Of a stretch of DNA of 64,000 nucleotides, positions 51,810 through 61,967 are shown piece by piece. The position numbers were made by a program, and so were the translations under genes. Origin of the DNA: an uncultured Trueperaceae bacterium (GTDB lineage: Bacteria > Deinococcota > Deinococci > Deinococcales > Trueperaceae); NCBI GenBank assembly GCA_963815215.1, contig CAWFFU010000011.1, positions 480,001-544,000 on the forward strand. Reading direction: 5' to 3'. The stretch's first letter is position 1, and each line of letters starts with the position of its first letter. The notes beneath the pieces are model-generated. The model did not search any database and had not been told where the DNA came from. It was given only the letters and a program-made list of their open reading frames with translations.

Positions 51810-52673
51810 GTGAGACGACGGCCCAGCCGCTGGGCGGGCGCGGGGCTCCTGGCGCCCGCCTACGGGCTCATCCTGGTGCTGGTGCTGGTGCCGCTGGGGG
51901 CGCTGGTCGTCGCCAGCCTCACACCCGCGCAGGTGACGGGCCTGTCGACGCTGGGCCTGCTGTTCGAGTCCTACCTGCGCTTCTTCCGCGACCTCCCGTC
52001 GCGCCTGGTGCTCGCCAACTCGCTGACGATCCCCGCGCTGGCAACGCTTCTGAGCCTGGGGCTCGGCTGGCCCCTGGCCTACGCCCTGGCGAAGGTGCAC
52101 CGGCGCCGCGGCAACGCCCTGCTGGCGGTGCTGATGGCGCCCTTCTTCGTCTCCTATCTGCTCATCATCTACGCCTTCATGGGGCTGCTCCAGGTCGGCG
52201 GACCGCTGCAAGCGGCGCTTCACGCGTTGGGCCTGGTGCCCGCCACCACCTCGCTGTTGTACTCGCGCGCCGCCGTGACGATGGCGCTGGTGTACGAGTA
52301 CCTGCCGTTCATGGTGCTGTCGATCTACGGCTCCCTGGAGCGCATCGAAGACAGCGTGCTGGAAGCGGCCTCCGGCCTGGGAGCGGGAGCCTGGCGGACG
52401 TTCGCCGAGATCCTCTGGCCCCGCAGCGTGCCCGGCGTCATCGCGGGCTGCGCCCTGGTGTTCATCCCGGCGACCGGCGCCTTCGTCGAGCCGCAGGTCC
52501 TCGGCGGGACGCGCGTCAGCATGCTCGGCGAGGTCATCAACGCGCAGATCAACCAGACTTTCGACCTCACTCGCGCGGCCACGGTGTCGCTGGTGCTGAC
52601 GGCGGCGGCGGTGCTGGGGTTCGCCGTGCTCGCCGCGTTGGCGCACGCCAGCCGCCGGGCGCTGAGGCGCTGA
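51810..52673 (+). CDS. ABC permease, PotB-like
   Basis: YLPFMVLSIY, LEAASGLGA EAA loop, PQVLGG. Confidence 0.88.
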   Translation: MRRRPSRWAGAGLLAPAYGLILVLVLVPLGALVVASLTPAQVTGLSTLGLLFESYLRFFRDLPSRLVLANSLTIPALATLLSLGLGWPLAYALAKVHRRRGNALLAVLMAPFFVSYLLIIYAFMGLLQVGGPLQAALHALGLVPATTSLLYSRAAVTMALVYEYLPFMVLSIYGSLERIEDSVLEAASGLGAGAWRTFAEILWPRSVPGVIAGCALVFIPATGAFVEPQVLGGTRVSMLGEVINAQINQTFDLTRAATVSLVLTAAAVLGFAVLAALAHASRRALRR

Positions 52674-52678
52674 CCGAC

Positions 52679-53491
52679 ATGGCCCGCGGCGTGCGCAAGA
52701 CGCTGTGGACGGCGTACACCGCGCTGGTGTTCACCGCCATGTTCGCGCCGATCGGCTATCTGGTGCTGATGTCGTTCAACGCCTCTCCCTACGGGACGTT
52801 GCCCTGGCACTTCACCACGGCGTGGTACGTGCGCCTCTTCGACCAACCGACGCTGGCCCACACCACCCTGCAGACGCTCCTGATGAGCGGCGTGGTCGCG
52901 CTCGCCTGCGCCGTGACGGGCACCATGGCGGCGCTCGGCCTGGTCCGGGGACGGCCGCCGCGCGCGCTGGCGAGCGCGCTCCAAGTGGTGAACCTGATCC
53001 CGGTGACGGTGCCGTGGCTGGTGCTGGGCGTCACCATGCTGCTGTTCCTGCTGCTGGTGGGCTCGGGCCGCAGCGTGCTCAACCTCTACCTCGGCAACAC
53101 CGTGGTGGTGCTGCCCTACGTCACCCTGCTGGTCCACGCGCGATTGCGGGGAGAACGCTTCGAGCAGGAGGAGGCGGGCGCCCAGCTCGGCGCCTCCGGG
53201 GCACGCATCTTCCTGGCCATCACGCTGCCCAAGCTGGCGCCGTCGATCCTGGCGGGCTCGATCATGGCGTTCATGGTGTCGTTCAACAACTTCCTGATCC
53301 AGTACTACCTCGCACCGTTCGGCTTCAACACCCTGCCGATGGAGATCTACGGACTCGTGCGCAGCGGTGTGCGGCCCGATATCAACGCCCTCTCCACCTT
53401 CCTGGTGCTGGCGTCGCTCGGGCTGGTGGTTGCGCTCGACCGGCTGGTCGGGATCGGCTCGAGCTTCGGCGCCGGCCGTCGCGCCGCCTGA
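52679..53491 (+). CDS. ABC permease, PotC-like
   Basis: SFN, EEAGAQLGA, TLPMEIY...PDINALS. Confidence 0.88.
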   Translation: MARGVRKTLWTAYTALVFTAMFAPIGYLVLMSFNASPYGTLPWHFTTAWYVRLFDQPTLAHTTLQTLLMSGVVALACAVTGTMAALGLVRGRPPRALASALQVVNLIPVTVPWLVLGVTMLLFLLLVGSGRSVLNLYLGNTVVVLPYVTLLVHARLRGERFEQEEAGAQLGASGARIFLAITLPKLAPSILAGSIMAFMVSFNNFLIQYYLAPFGFNTLPMEIYGLVRSGVRPDINALSTFLVLASLGLVVALDRLVGIGSSFGAGRRAA

Positions 53492-53519
53492 GGCCCCGTC
53501 CGGCGGCCGGGCGCGCACC

Positions 53520-54446
53520 TCAGCGGAACAGCGCGGCCATCGAGGTGGCGTCGGCCGCCTTCCCCAGTCGGGGCAGTCCCCAGGCGTCCTCGAGCGTCCG
53601 CAGCAACGAGTAGTGATCGGTCGGGGCGTGGAGCGTGAAGCCTCGGGGCCCCTCGCGGCTGATGACGAGGGTGGCGATGTGGTTCTCGCCCAGTCCCAGC
53701 ACCGACGCCACCCCTTGTGGAGCTTCGTCGAACGTCACCACGATGGCGCTGTTCCCCGTCCAGGCGCGGGACGCCTGGATCGTCTGCACCCAGTGCTGCA
53801 CGAACGCGTCGCCCGCGCGATCGAGGGCGTGCGCGTCCTGGCACTGCGAGGTGCCGTGCATGTCGTGGCACTGGTCGGGAACGATGAAGGCGAAGGCGGG
53901 AGCGTGGCCCGTCTCCAGGTCGGCCCCGAGCTGCTGCAAGGGCACCACCCGGCCCGCCCTCGACGGCACGCTGGCGATCCGTGGGAACAGCAGGAAGGGA
54001 TCGTGCTTCTTGGCGTACAGGCCGCCGGCGCCGGCGAATGACCCCTGGAATCCCGCGGACGGAAGCCCCTGCATGTAGGCCTTCCAGTCGAGTCCCTTGG
54101 CCTCGAGTTGGCCCGCCAGCGTGGGCTGCTCGAACGTCTGCGTCGGGTCATCGGATCGGCTCCCCCAGGTCCCGCCCGAGATCAGCGCGACGTAGTTGGG
54201 GAGGCTGGGGTGCGCCACGCCGTGGTGGTTCGCCGCCAGACCGTAGCGTTCGGCGAGCGCGTTGAGGCTCGGCATGTCGGGGTTGCCGATCACCTGGTCG
54301 AAACCCCTGTTCTCCAGCACGATCAGGAACAGGTGATCGAAGGGCGGCAGGGGAGCCGGCGCGGGGGCGCCGGCGCCCTGCGCCAGGGCCATCCCGAGCA
54401 CGCCGATCATCATCGTCGTCATCCACACACGCATCCGCTGGCTCAT
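53520..54446 (-). CDS. Secreted phosphoesterase (acid phosphatase/phospholipase C family)
   Basis: FLIVLENR, HPSLPNY, KHDPF, HDMH, TFDE, HYSLLRT. Confidence 0.85.
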   Translation of the reverse strand: MSQRMRVWMTTMMIGVLGMALAQGAGAPAPAPLPPFDHLFLIVLENRGFDQVIGNPDMPSLNALAERYGLAANHHGVAHPSLPNYVALISGGTWGSRSDDPTQTFEQPTLAGQLEAKGLDWKAYMQGLPSAGFQGSFAGAGGLYAKKHDPFLLFPRIASVPSRAGRVVPLQQLGADLETGHAPAFAFIVPDQCHDMHGTSQCQDAHALDRAGDAFVQHWVQTIQASRAWTGNSAIVVTFDEAPQGVASVLGLGENHIATLVISREGPRGFTLHAPTDHYSLLRTLEDAWGLPRLGKAADATSMAALFR

Positions 54447-54616
54447 CGCATCCCTCTCGGCCCCCGGTCCTCGAAAGGCTACCGCGCCGCTGTCGGTCCG
54501 TGATGAACGCATCGTGTACCCGCCTTCGCCGCGCGCCGCTTCCCGCCCGTCCGTCGAGCGTGGTTGGATGGGGCCGGATCGCCGCACGCCCCACCCGGGG
54601 CACGGAAGGGACCGCC

Positions 54617-55465
54617 ATGCGTTACGCCACCGTCGTCAGCGATCACGGCCACGAGCCCGCCACGTTGGCAGGGGACCGGCTGCTCACCTTCGACCGCCTG
54701 GCGCGGGATACCGGCCTCGAGCTCCCCGCCAGCCTGCTCGCGACCGTGGTCGAGGGCGACGCCGCGGTGCGGCGCGCCTACGGTGACTGGCTCGCTCGCT
54801 TCGACGCCGATGCCCTTCCCGCCGCCGCGACCGCTCGCTTCGCCCTGCCCTTCCGGCCCCCCGGCAAGATCTGGGGGATCGGGCTGAACTACCGCGATCA
54901 TGCGCGCGATCTCGACGAGGAGGTCCCGCCGGCACCTGCCAGCTTCATGCGGCCGCCCTCGAGCGCGATCGGCGAGGGCGACATCATCAGCCTCCCCGCC
55001 GTGTCGCAGCGGGTGACCGCCGAGGCGGAGCTGGCCGTGATCTTCGGCCGCCGCACCTACGCTGTCGAGGCCGGCGCCGCCCTCGACGCGGTGTTCGGTT
55101 ACACCACGGTGCTCGACATGACGGCCGAGGACATCCTGCGCGTCAATCCCCGCTTCCTGACGCGCGCCAAGAGCTTCGACGGCTTCTTCAGCTTCGGGCC
55201 GGTGATCGTGACGCCCGACGAGGTCGCCGACCTGCCCGCGCTGACCGTGCGCATCGAGGTGAACGGCGTTGCGGGCCCGGCCAATCAGATCCGCAACATG
55301 ACCTACGGTCCGGCCGAGCTCATCGCCTTCCACTCCCACGGCATGACCTGGGAGCCCGGCGACGTCCTCTCCACCGGCACCCCGGGGGCCGTTCCCATCG
55401 TGGCCGGGGACGAGGTCGCATGCCTAATCGACGGCGTCGGCGTGCTGCGCAACGCCGTGGCGTGA
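54617..55465 (+). CDS. Fumarylacetoacetate hydrolase family protein
   Basis: IGLNYRDH, EAELAV, RAKSFDGF, GDVLSTGTPG. Confidence 0.9.
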   Translation: MRYATVVSDHGHEPATLAGDRLLTFDRLARDTGLELPASLLATVVEGDAAVRRAYGDWLARFDADALPAAATARFALPFRPPGKIWGIGLNYRDHARDLDEEVPPAPASFMRPPSSAIGEGDIISLPAVSQRVTAEAELAVIFGRRTYAVEAGAALDAVFGYTTVLDMTAEDILRVNPRFLTRAKSFDGFFSFGPVIVTPDEVADLPALTVRIEVNGVAGPANQIRNMTYGPAELIAFHSHGMTWEPGDVLSTGTPGAVPIVAGDEVACLIDGVGVLRNAVA

Positions 55466-55472
55466 ACTTCGC

Positions 55473-56111
55473 CTAGAGGCCCAGCAACCCGACCCCGAAC
55501 AGCGCCAGCGAGGGCACGTACACGTCCCACGCGAAGTGTGGAGGCGCGCTCCGCAGGAACGCGCCGACCAGCACAACGCCGCCGGTCACGGCCAGGGCTC
55601 CCGCCCAGCGTCGAAACCCGCCGCCGTCGGAACGCAGCAGACGCGCGCCGCCGACGACCAGCAGCGCGGCGATCGACGCCGGCGCCAGCACCGGTCCCCA
55701 CCACGGCGCGGGGATCAGGAACAGCAGGTCCCAATCGAGCGGGCCTGAGGGCCAGCCCACCAGCACCGCCAGCGCCAGGTAGTACACCAGGTCCCAGATG
55801 CCGAAGACCAAGGCGAAGGCCCCGAGGCGCTGGCGCCAGCCGCGCGCGGCCAGCGCCGCCACCGTCAGGATCATCACCAGCGTGGCCAACTCGCGGGCCA
55901 GCTCCATGCCTCGCACCGAGGCCCACACCGAACCGTGCGGCGGCGTCACCACGTTCCCCACCCCGACGCCCAGCAGCCGGCGCAGGTAGATCACCACCAC
56001 GGCCTCGAGCAGACCCATCGCCGCGGCGTAGGCGGTCACGATCGCGAGGCGGCCCCAGCCCGTGCGGGCGGACGCCTTCACCCCGGCCCTCCCGTCGGCG
56101 TGGGACGCCAC
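55473..56111 (-). CDS. Uncharacterised integral membrane protein
   Basis: Multiple TM helices; EAVVVIYLR, RELATLVM, WDLVYY, FLIPAPWWGPV. Confidence 0.65.
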   Translation of the reverse strand: MASHADGRAGVKASARTGWGRLAIVTAYAAAMGLLEAVVVIYLRRLLGVGVGNVVTPPHGSVWASVRGMELARELATLVMILTVAALAARGWRQRLGAFALVFGIWDLVYYLALAVLVGWPSGPLDWDLLFLIPAPWWGPVLAPASIAALLVVGGARLLRSDGGGFRRWAGALAVTGGVVLVGAFLRSAPPHFAWDVYVPSLALFGVGLLGL

Positions 56112-56133
56112 GCCCTCATCCGACTCGGCCGCG

Positions 56134-57345
56134 TCACACCGGTCCGCAGCATGGGTCGGGGCAATCCTCGGGGAAGGTCCGGCCGTCGGCCAGCGCCGCG
56201 CCGAGCTCGGCCCGGACACGCGGGCGATCGGGCAGCGGGGCTCTCAGGAACACCACCCCCACCGGACGCGGTCCGACGGGGATGAGCCGGCGGACCCGGA
56301 ACCCGGGCACCTCGATGGCCGCCACCGCATCGCGGCCGGGCAGCGGCACGAACATCGTCGAGCCGGCGTCGCCCCCGTACAGGAACGTCCCCGCCACCGG
56401 TTGGCTGCCGGAGGGGAACGGCACCTTCGCCACCACCTCGAGTGTCTGGGTATCGACCACCGAGACCTCGTCGGAAGCCCGGCAGATCACCATGCCGTAG
56501 CGGCCGTCGGGCGTGATCTCGCTGGTGAGCGGCATGCGCCCCAGACCGTCGGCTACCGACAGCCGCGCCACCTCCCGGGGGCGGGCCGGGTCGCCGAGAT
56601 CGAAGATCGACTCGCTCCCTGTCGCCGATCCTCCGGGTACCACCGCGTTCTCGACGAAGAGCACGTTCCCCGTCGGGCTCACGGTCGCCATGTAGGGCTC
56701 CAGCGGTCCGCGCCCCGATGTGCGCTCGACGCCCACCTGAGAGGCGACCCGGAAGCCGCTGACATCGACCGTCGTGACGGTGTCGCGCCCGCGGTCGGGC
56801 AGGTAGGCGAAGTCCCCCGTGGAGCGGACCGTGACGTCGCAGGGCTGCGAGCCCGGCGGTAACTCGAGGCTGGCCTGCACGGTACCGAAGCCCGGGCTGC
56901 CGGGATCGGCGTCCACCCTCAGCAGCCGGTCGTGATCGCGCACGGCCACCAGCAGCGCGGCCCCGTCGGGCGTCAGCTCGGTGTAGTTCTGGCGCGAGCC
57001 CGTGCTCACGTGCGCCACGCGCCGCCCGCTCGACAGCCGGAAGGCATCCACGGCGCCGCTCTCGGAGAAGCCGCTCCAGATGAGGTCACGCTCGGGGTCC
57101 CAGCGGGTGGCGGGGAAGCTGAAGGCGCCGGCCAGCGGCACCGTGGCGAGCACCTCCAGCGACGACGGGTCGATCAGGGTGACGCTGGCGCCGCCGTTGT
57201 TGGAGACCACGATCAGGTCGCGCGGTGTCCCGCCCTGCCCGGCCGCGAAGCGCCACGGCCCCAACGCGAGCAAAGCGGCACCGCCGACAGCTCCCCTGAG
57301 GAAGGCTCGGCGCGACAGGGCGCGTTCGTCCTCGACGTTCGCCAC
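56134..57345 (-). CDS. Tat-exported YncE/YVTN-like beta-propeller protein
   Basis: SRRAFLR signal, repeated TPDG / VSVVDT blades, IPVGPRP. Confidence 0.75.
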   Translation of the reverse strand: MANVEDERALSRRAFLRGAVGGAALLALGPWRFAAGQGGTPRDLIVVSNNGGASVTLIDPSSLEVLATVPLAGAFSFPATRWDPERDLIWSGFSESGAVDAFRLSSGRRVAHVSTGSRQNYTELTPDGAALLVAVRDHDRLLRVDADPGSPGFGTVQASLELPPGSQPCDVTVRSTGDFAYLPDRGRDTVTTVDVSGFRVASQVGVERTSGRGPLEPYMATVSPTGNVLFVENAVVPGGSATGSESIFDLGDPARPREVARLSVADGLGRMPLTSEITPDGRYGMVICRASDEVSVVDTQTLEVVAKVPFPSGSQPVAGTFLYGGDAGSTMFVPLPGRDAVAAIEVPGFRVRRLIPVGPRPVGVVFLRAPLPDRPRVRAELGAALADGRTFPEDCPDPCCGPV

Positions 57346-57500
57346 GCGGCATCTCCCTTCGCTCGGCCGCGTGCGTCCGCTACGGCGACCGGTTCCGGCA
57401 AGCATAGGTCACCGCGCAGCCCGCCGGCGTCGCCGCCGACGCCCCGGTCAGGACCTGGCGGGCACGGTCGAGTCGGGGCCGGGCGCCGCCGGCGGCGGGC

Positions 57501-57920
57501 TCAACCGCTGCCGGACAGGAAGGCGCGCCAGCCCTCGAGCGGCTGTTCAGGGATCTCGCGGTAGTCGTTCTCGGGCGTGGCCGAGGAGAAGAAGCAGTAC
57601 AGCCTGAGCACGCCGGGGCCGGGGTTGACGGTGGCGTGCCGGGCGCCGGCAGGCATGATCCAGGCGTCCCCCTCGGTGACGCGGGCCCACGCCCCCTCCA
57701 CCCACAACGCCCCGCCCCCCCGCGCCACCACGATGATCTCCTCCATGCCTTCGTGGACGTGCGGCACGCGGGGGCTCGCTTCGTCCTGCGGCTCGATGTC
57801 GACGGTGCGGAACGAGCAGGACGAAGCGAAGCCGGTGCGGGCCGAGAACACCTCGCGCACCGAGCGGTTGGGGAGCCGGTAGGCCTCCACCGCGTCGATG
57901 GCGCGCACCGTCGCCTTCAT
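57501..57920 (-). CDS. Cupin domain protein
   Basis: PHVHEGMEE...G and PAGARH metal motifs. Confidence 0.85.
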   Translation of the reverse strand: MKATVRAIDAVEAYRLPNRSVREVFSARTGFASSCSFRTVDIEPQDEASPRVPHVHEGMEEIIVVARGGGALWVEGAWARVTEGDAWIMPAGARHATVNPGPGVLRLYCFFSSATPENDYREIPEQPLEGWRAFLSGSG

Positions 57921-57975
57921 GCCTCCCCCGCCGGCGTCCGCCGCAGCGGCCCGGCTGCCGCCCTCCGCCGGCGGC

Positions 57976-58755
57976 TCATGCGGGAGCATCCGGGAGCTCC
58001 GCCATGGCGGCGCTCGCCTCGCGCACGTCGGCGGCGATGCGATCGGCCACCCCCGCCACGACCCGCGCCGCCTTCTCGACGGTGGCGTGCTCGGGGGCGC
58101 CGTACCAGCCGGTCGCCGCGATCTGGCGGACATCGTGGAGCACGGGCCGCACGTTGGGGTTGCGGCGCACCGCGTCGATGCGCCGGCCCCGGCCGGGCGG
58201 CGACGAATTGGTGGCGCGCTCCACGTGCACCAGGCTCGGATCGAAGGCCAGCACCGGCAGCACCTCCAGCTCGCCGCCGTGGGTGAGCCCACCGGTCTCC
58301 TCGCCGTAGAGGTCGCGCGCCACGTAGCAGGCCTCGACCTTGAGGACCTCCAGCCCCAGCTCGTGGTGGATGCGGCTGGCCGCGACGCCGATGGCGTCGC
58401 TGTTACCCTCGTGCCAGTTGAGGATGACGACCCGTTCGGCGCCGTGCCTCGCCATGCTGTCGGCGATGTCCAGCATGAGCGCCACGAAGGTGTCGGGGCG
58501 GAGCGTCACGGTGCCGGCGAACCCCATGTGGAAGGGGGTGATGCCCATCGGGGCGAAGGGCACCACCAGCGCGCCCAGCCGCTCGGCGACGGCCCGCGCG
58601 AACACCAGAGCGGCGATCCAATCGGTGCCGCACGGCAGGTGCGGGCCGTGCTGCTCCACCGACCCGGTGGGGATGATCACCGTCCTGCTGCCCCGCAGAA
58701 GCGCCTCGGCCTCGGGCTGCGTGATGTCCATCAGGTCGTTGGGGTGGGGCGCCAC
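57976..58755 (-). CDS. Creatininase family amidohydrolase
   Basis: GSVEQHGPHLPCGTD, NWHEGN, HGGELE. Confidence 0.9.
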   Translation of the reverse strand: MAPHPNDLMDITQPEAEALLRGSRTVIIPTGSVEQHGPHLPCGTDWIAALVFARAVAERLGALVVPFAPMGITPFHMGFAGTVTLRPDTFVALMLDIADSMARHGAERVVILNWHEGNSDAIGVAASRIHHELGLEVLKVEACYVARDLYGEETGGLTHGGELEVLPVLAFDPSLVHVERATNSSPPGRGRRIDAVRRNPNVRPVLHDVRQIAATGWYGAPEHATVEKAARVVAGVADRIAADVREASAAMAELPDAPA

Positions 58756-58763
58756 GTTCGTCC

Positions 58764-59072
58764 TCAACCTTCCGCTGTGGCGTCGCCGGCAGGGTCCACC
58801 CTGCCGAGCAACGCCAGCACGTCGCTGGAGTTGTGCAAGATCTCGTCGGGGAACACGATGGTGATGGCGTTGGTGGGACACACGGACTCGCAGTGTCCGC
58901 AGTACCAGCACTCGTCCGGGAAGGCTACCACCGGCAGCGTCTCCCGGTCCCCCTCCTCCTTGTAGATGATGTCTCCGGGGCACACCCAGTCACACAACGT
59001 GCACCGCACGCAGGTGTTGGGATCGATCTGGATCGGGTTGTGCGCGCTCGCCGCGCCGTCACCGTGTGGCAT
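58764..59072 (-). CDS. Dicluster ferredoxin, AprB/AsfB-like
   Basis: CVRCTLCDWVCPG and PDECWYCGHCESVCP. Confidence 0.88.
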   Translation of the reverse strand: MPHGDGAASAHNPIQIDPNTCVRCTLCDWVCPGDIIYKEEGDRETLPVVAFPDECWYCGHCESVCPTNAITIVFPDEILHNSSDVLALLGRVDPAGDATAEG

Positions 59073-59079
59073 GCCGCTC

Positions 59080-60804
59080 CTAACCTCCCTCTCCCGGCCG
59101 CCGCCGAGCGAACGCGGTGGACAGTGGCACCAGGGCCGACAGCGTGCTCACGCCCGGACCCTCGGCGGTCTGATCGACCAGCACGAACGAGCGCCAGTGC
59201 TCGTCGTCGGTGACCGGGAAGTCCATCCTGTGGTGGGCCGAGCCGGTCCGGCTCTCGCGGCGCTCGAGCGCGGCCTCGGTCAGCAGCTCGGCGTTGAGCC
59301 GGATGTTGCGCGCCTCGTGCACCCGCATCAAGGCGTGGTGGTGGGCCGCGCCGAGTGCGGTCTCCTCACGCCGCAACTCCTGCAGCGTGGCGAGCGCATG
59401 GCGCAGGCCCTTCTCGGTGCGGCGCACGCCGGCGTAGTCGGTCACGGTGTGGCGGATGCGTTCCTCGAAGGCCTGCCAGGAGGGGCCGCCGGGCTGCCGG
59501 AGGTGGACCGTCGCCTCCGCGATCAGCCCTTCCAGCTCGCCGGGATCGACGTCCGGCAGCGTGGCTCCCTCCTCGAGGTACTGCACGATGCTCTCCCCCG
59601 CGATGTGGCCCAGGGTGGCGGCCCCGGCGATCCCGCCACTGACCGTGGCGCTGTCGCCGGCGGAGAACAGGCCGCGCACCGACGACTCGGCGTTGGCGTC
59701 GACGGCGATGCCGCTGCCGCGGAAGTAGAGCCCGCTGCGGCGGATGCTGAGTTCGGAGATCGATACCTCGATGGGATCGGAACGGAAGTCGACGCCCTTC
59801 TGCCGATAGAACGCCGGCAGCGTGTGCCGGTCGATCTGCAGCGTCTCCTCCATGTGGTCGAGGACGTCGGCCGGAAGGTGGCGGCAGTCGAGGTAGATCG
59901 GGCCGTTGCCCTCCAGGTACTCGTTGATGACGCCGTCGGCAAGGACGGCGCGGCGCGCGTTCTCGCCCTTGGGATCGTAGCGGAACATGAAGCGCTCGCC
60001 CTGGCGGTTGAGGAAGTGGGCGCCCAGGCTGACGAGTGCGTTGAGCCCCTGGGTGGAGAAGCCCTTGGGCGTGAGCGTGGTCTCGGTGAACTCCATGTTG
60101 GCAAGGGTGGCGCCGGCGCGGTAGCCCATCGCCTGTGCGTCCCCGGTGTTGTAGGGGCAGTGCCAGCTGTCGAACGCCAACCCCGAGGCGTTCATCGACA
60201 GGCGGTTGACGTCGCCCGTCGAAAGCACCACGGCGCGCGCCCTGATGTAGTACCAGACGCCCGAGCGGATGTCGAAGGCCAGCACGCCGTAGGCGCGGCC
60301 GTCCTCCACCAGCACCTGGACACCCATGGTGCGGGCCAGCACGGTGGCCTTGCCCCGCCGCACACGCTGACCGATGTGGTGCTTGAAGCGGGTGCCGTCG
60401 AAGTTGATGTGGTACGCACCCGGCAGCCCGAACGAGCGGTGGCGGTCGTAGGTCCCGGTACGCGGATCGGTGAAGTCGACGCCCAGCGCCTCGAGCGTTC
60501 GCAACACGCGCGGCATCTCACGGACCACGCGATCGGTGACCTCCATGTCGACGATGCCGTCGGTCAGTTCGGGGATGTGCTTGAGGAGGAACTCGGGGGT
60601 GTCCCATTCGGGCCCCGTCTCCATGATCGTCAGATAGTGGTCGACGCCGCCGCCGACCGAGCCGCTTCGTTCGAGCAACTTGCCCTTGTCACAGATCACG
60701 ACCTCCAGCCCGGCCTCCAGCGCCGGGATCGCCGCCATGCAGCCGGCGACCCCACCACCGACCACGGCCACGTCGGTCTCGAGCCGGATCACCTCGTCGT
60801 TCAC
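59080..60804 (-). CDS. FAD-dependent oxidoreductase, SdhA/AprA/AsfA superfamily
   Basis: VVGGGVAG, STG, NTGD...GATLANME, GLFSAGD, RRESR..H.R.DFP. Confidence 0.85.
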   Translation of the reverse strand: MNDEVIRLETDVAVVGGGVAGCMAAIPALEAGLEVVICDKGKLLERSGSVGGGVDHYLTIMETGPEWDTPEFLLKHIPELTDGIVDMEVTDRVVREMPRVLRTLEALGVDFTDPRTGTYDRHRSFGLPGAYHINFDGTRFKHHIGQRVRRGKATVLARTMGVQVLVEDGRAYGVLAFDIRSGVWYYIRARAVVLSTGDVNRLSMNASGLAFDSWHCPYNTGDAQAMGYRAGATLANMEFTETTLTPKGFSTQGLNALVSLGAHFLNRQGERFMFRYDPKGENARRAVLADGVINEYLEGNGPIYLDCRHLPADVLDHMEETLQIDRHTLPAFYRQKGVDFRSDPIEVSISELSIRRSGLYFRGSGIAVDANAESSVRGLFSAGDSATVSGGIAGAATLGHIAGESIVQYLEEGATLPDVDPGELEGLIAEATVHLRQPGGPSWQAFEERIRHTVTDYAGVRRTEKGLRHALATLQELRREETALGAAHHHALMRVHEARNIRLNAELLTEAALERRESRTGSAHHRMDFPVTDDEHWRSFVLVDQTAEGPGVSTLSALVPLSTAFARRRPGEGG

Positions 60805-60832
60805 GGCAAGCCTCCTTCAGGGCGATGCACCC

Positions 60833-61954
60833 TCATCCGTCGTACCGCAGGATCTCGATGCCTGCGCCCCCCCGGTCGCTGGTGAACGTCAGGCCGTCCG
60901 CCTGGACGAACACGTCGTTGGTCTGCGGGTGGACGCCCCCCTTGGAGGGAGGGACGTGGCTGGCCACCTCGACCGGCGCGCGGGGGTCGGAGCAGTCGTA
61001 CGCCCGCACGCCCGCGCTGAAGTAGGTCACGAAGATCAGCGTCTCGCTCGAGAACGCGCCGGGACGGTTCTCGTGCAGGTTGTGCGGCCCGAAGCGGGGC
61101 CCGTGCGTGCGCACGGGCCCGTCGGGCTCGGGGAACGTCGAGAGCTCCCTGGGGTGGCTCTCGTCCCGGATGTCGAAGACCCGCACGAGCCGCGGTGTGG
61201 CGTCGGTCTCGGGCGTGGACTTGGCCTCGTCGGTCACCACCAGCAGATCGCGGCCGGGCAGCGGCATGGCGGTGTGGGTGTGGCCGCCGCGCTCGGGCGC
61301 CCACAGCGCCGAGCCGACCACCGTCGGCCGGCTCGGATCGCGGATGTCGAGGATGCGCAACCCACCGTCCCACACGCCAACGTAGGCGCGCTCTCCATGG
61401 ACGATCGCGTGGTGGAGCTTGGGGTTGATGGTGTCGGGCCAGGCGGGTACCTCGCCACCGGCCTCCCATTGGCCCGGCAGCCACCAGCGGCCGGTCTCAC
61501 GGGGGCACGTCGGATCCGCGACGTCCACGATCAACAGCATGCGATCGCGGAAGCCCGGGGCGACGGCCGACAGGTAGACGGTGGGCTCGAGCCCGTCGAT
61601 CCACATCCTGTGCACGCCCCGGCCGCCGGTGTCGTAGAACGACACCTCGCGAGGCCGCGCGGGATCGCTCAGGTCGAAGATCCCGAAGCCGGTACGCGCG
61701 GCCCGTTCCCCGGCACGCCACTCGTAGTTGACGAAGAGCAGGTCGTGAACGATCTGCACCTTCGGGGACATGGTGTTGGCGTAGCCGGGCAGGAAGCCCG
61801 TGAGGACGGGCGCGCGCGGGTCGGACACGTCCAACACCGCAGTCCCGACTCCAGGTTCCATATTGCCGACGTAGAGGTGCCGACCGTGCGACATGAGCTG
61901 CATGGTGCTGCCCTTGCCGCCGAGATCGTGGTGACCGAGGAGTTCGAAGCCCAT
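60833..61954 (-). CDS. LVIVD-repeat beta-propeller protein
   Basis: Repeated (I/L)xD(V/I)xDPxxP motifs; VHR, LHH, HTHT, DEA, PHN residues. Confidence 0.8.
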   Translation of the reverse strand: MGFELLGHHDLGGKGSTMQLMSHGRHLYVGNMEPGVGTAVLDVSDPRAPVLTGFLPGYANTMSPKVQIVHDLLFVNYEWRAGERAARTGFGIFDLSDPARPREVSFYDTGGRGVHRMWIDGLEPTVYLSAVAPGFRDRMLLIVDVADPTCPRETGRWWLPGQWEAGGEVPAWPDTINPKLHHAIVHGERAYVGVWDGGLRILDIRDPSRPTVVGSALWAPERGGHTHTAMPLPGRDLLVVTDEAKSTPETDATPRLVRVFDIRDESHPRELSTFPEPDGPVRTHGPRFGPHNLHENRPGAFSSETLIFVTYFSAGVRAYDCSDPRAPVEVASHVPPSKGGVHPQTNDVFVQADGLTFTSDRGGAGIEILRYDG

Positions 61955-61967
61955 CGAGATCCCTAAC

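Noticed and set aside
59080..60804. Calling the flavoprotein aprA or sdhA
   Set aside because: No sat/qmo/dsr genes or Sdh Fe-S and membrane subunits nearby; only superfamily-level motifs are supportable.
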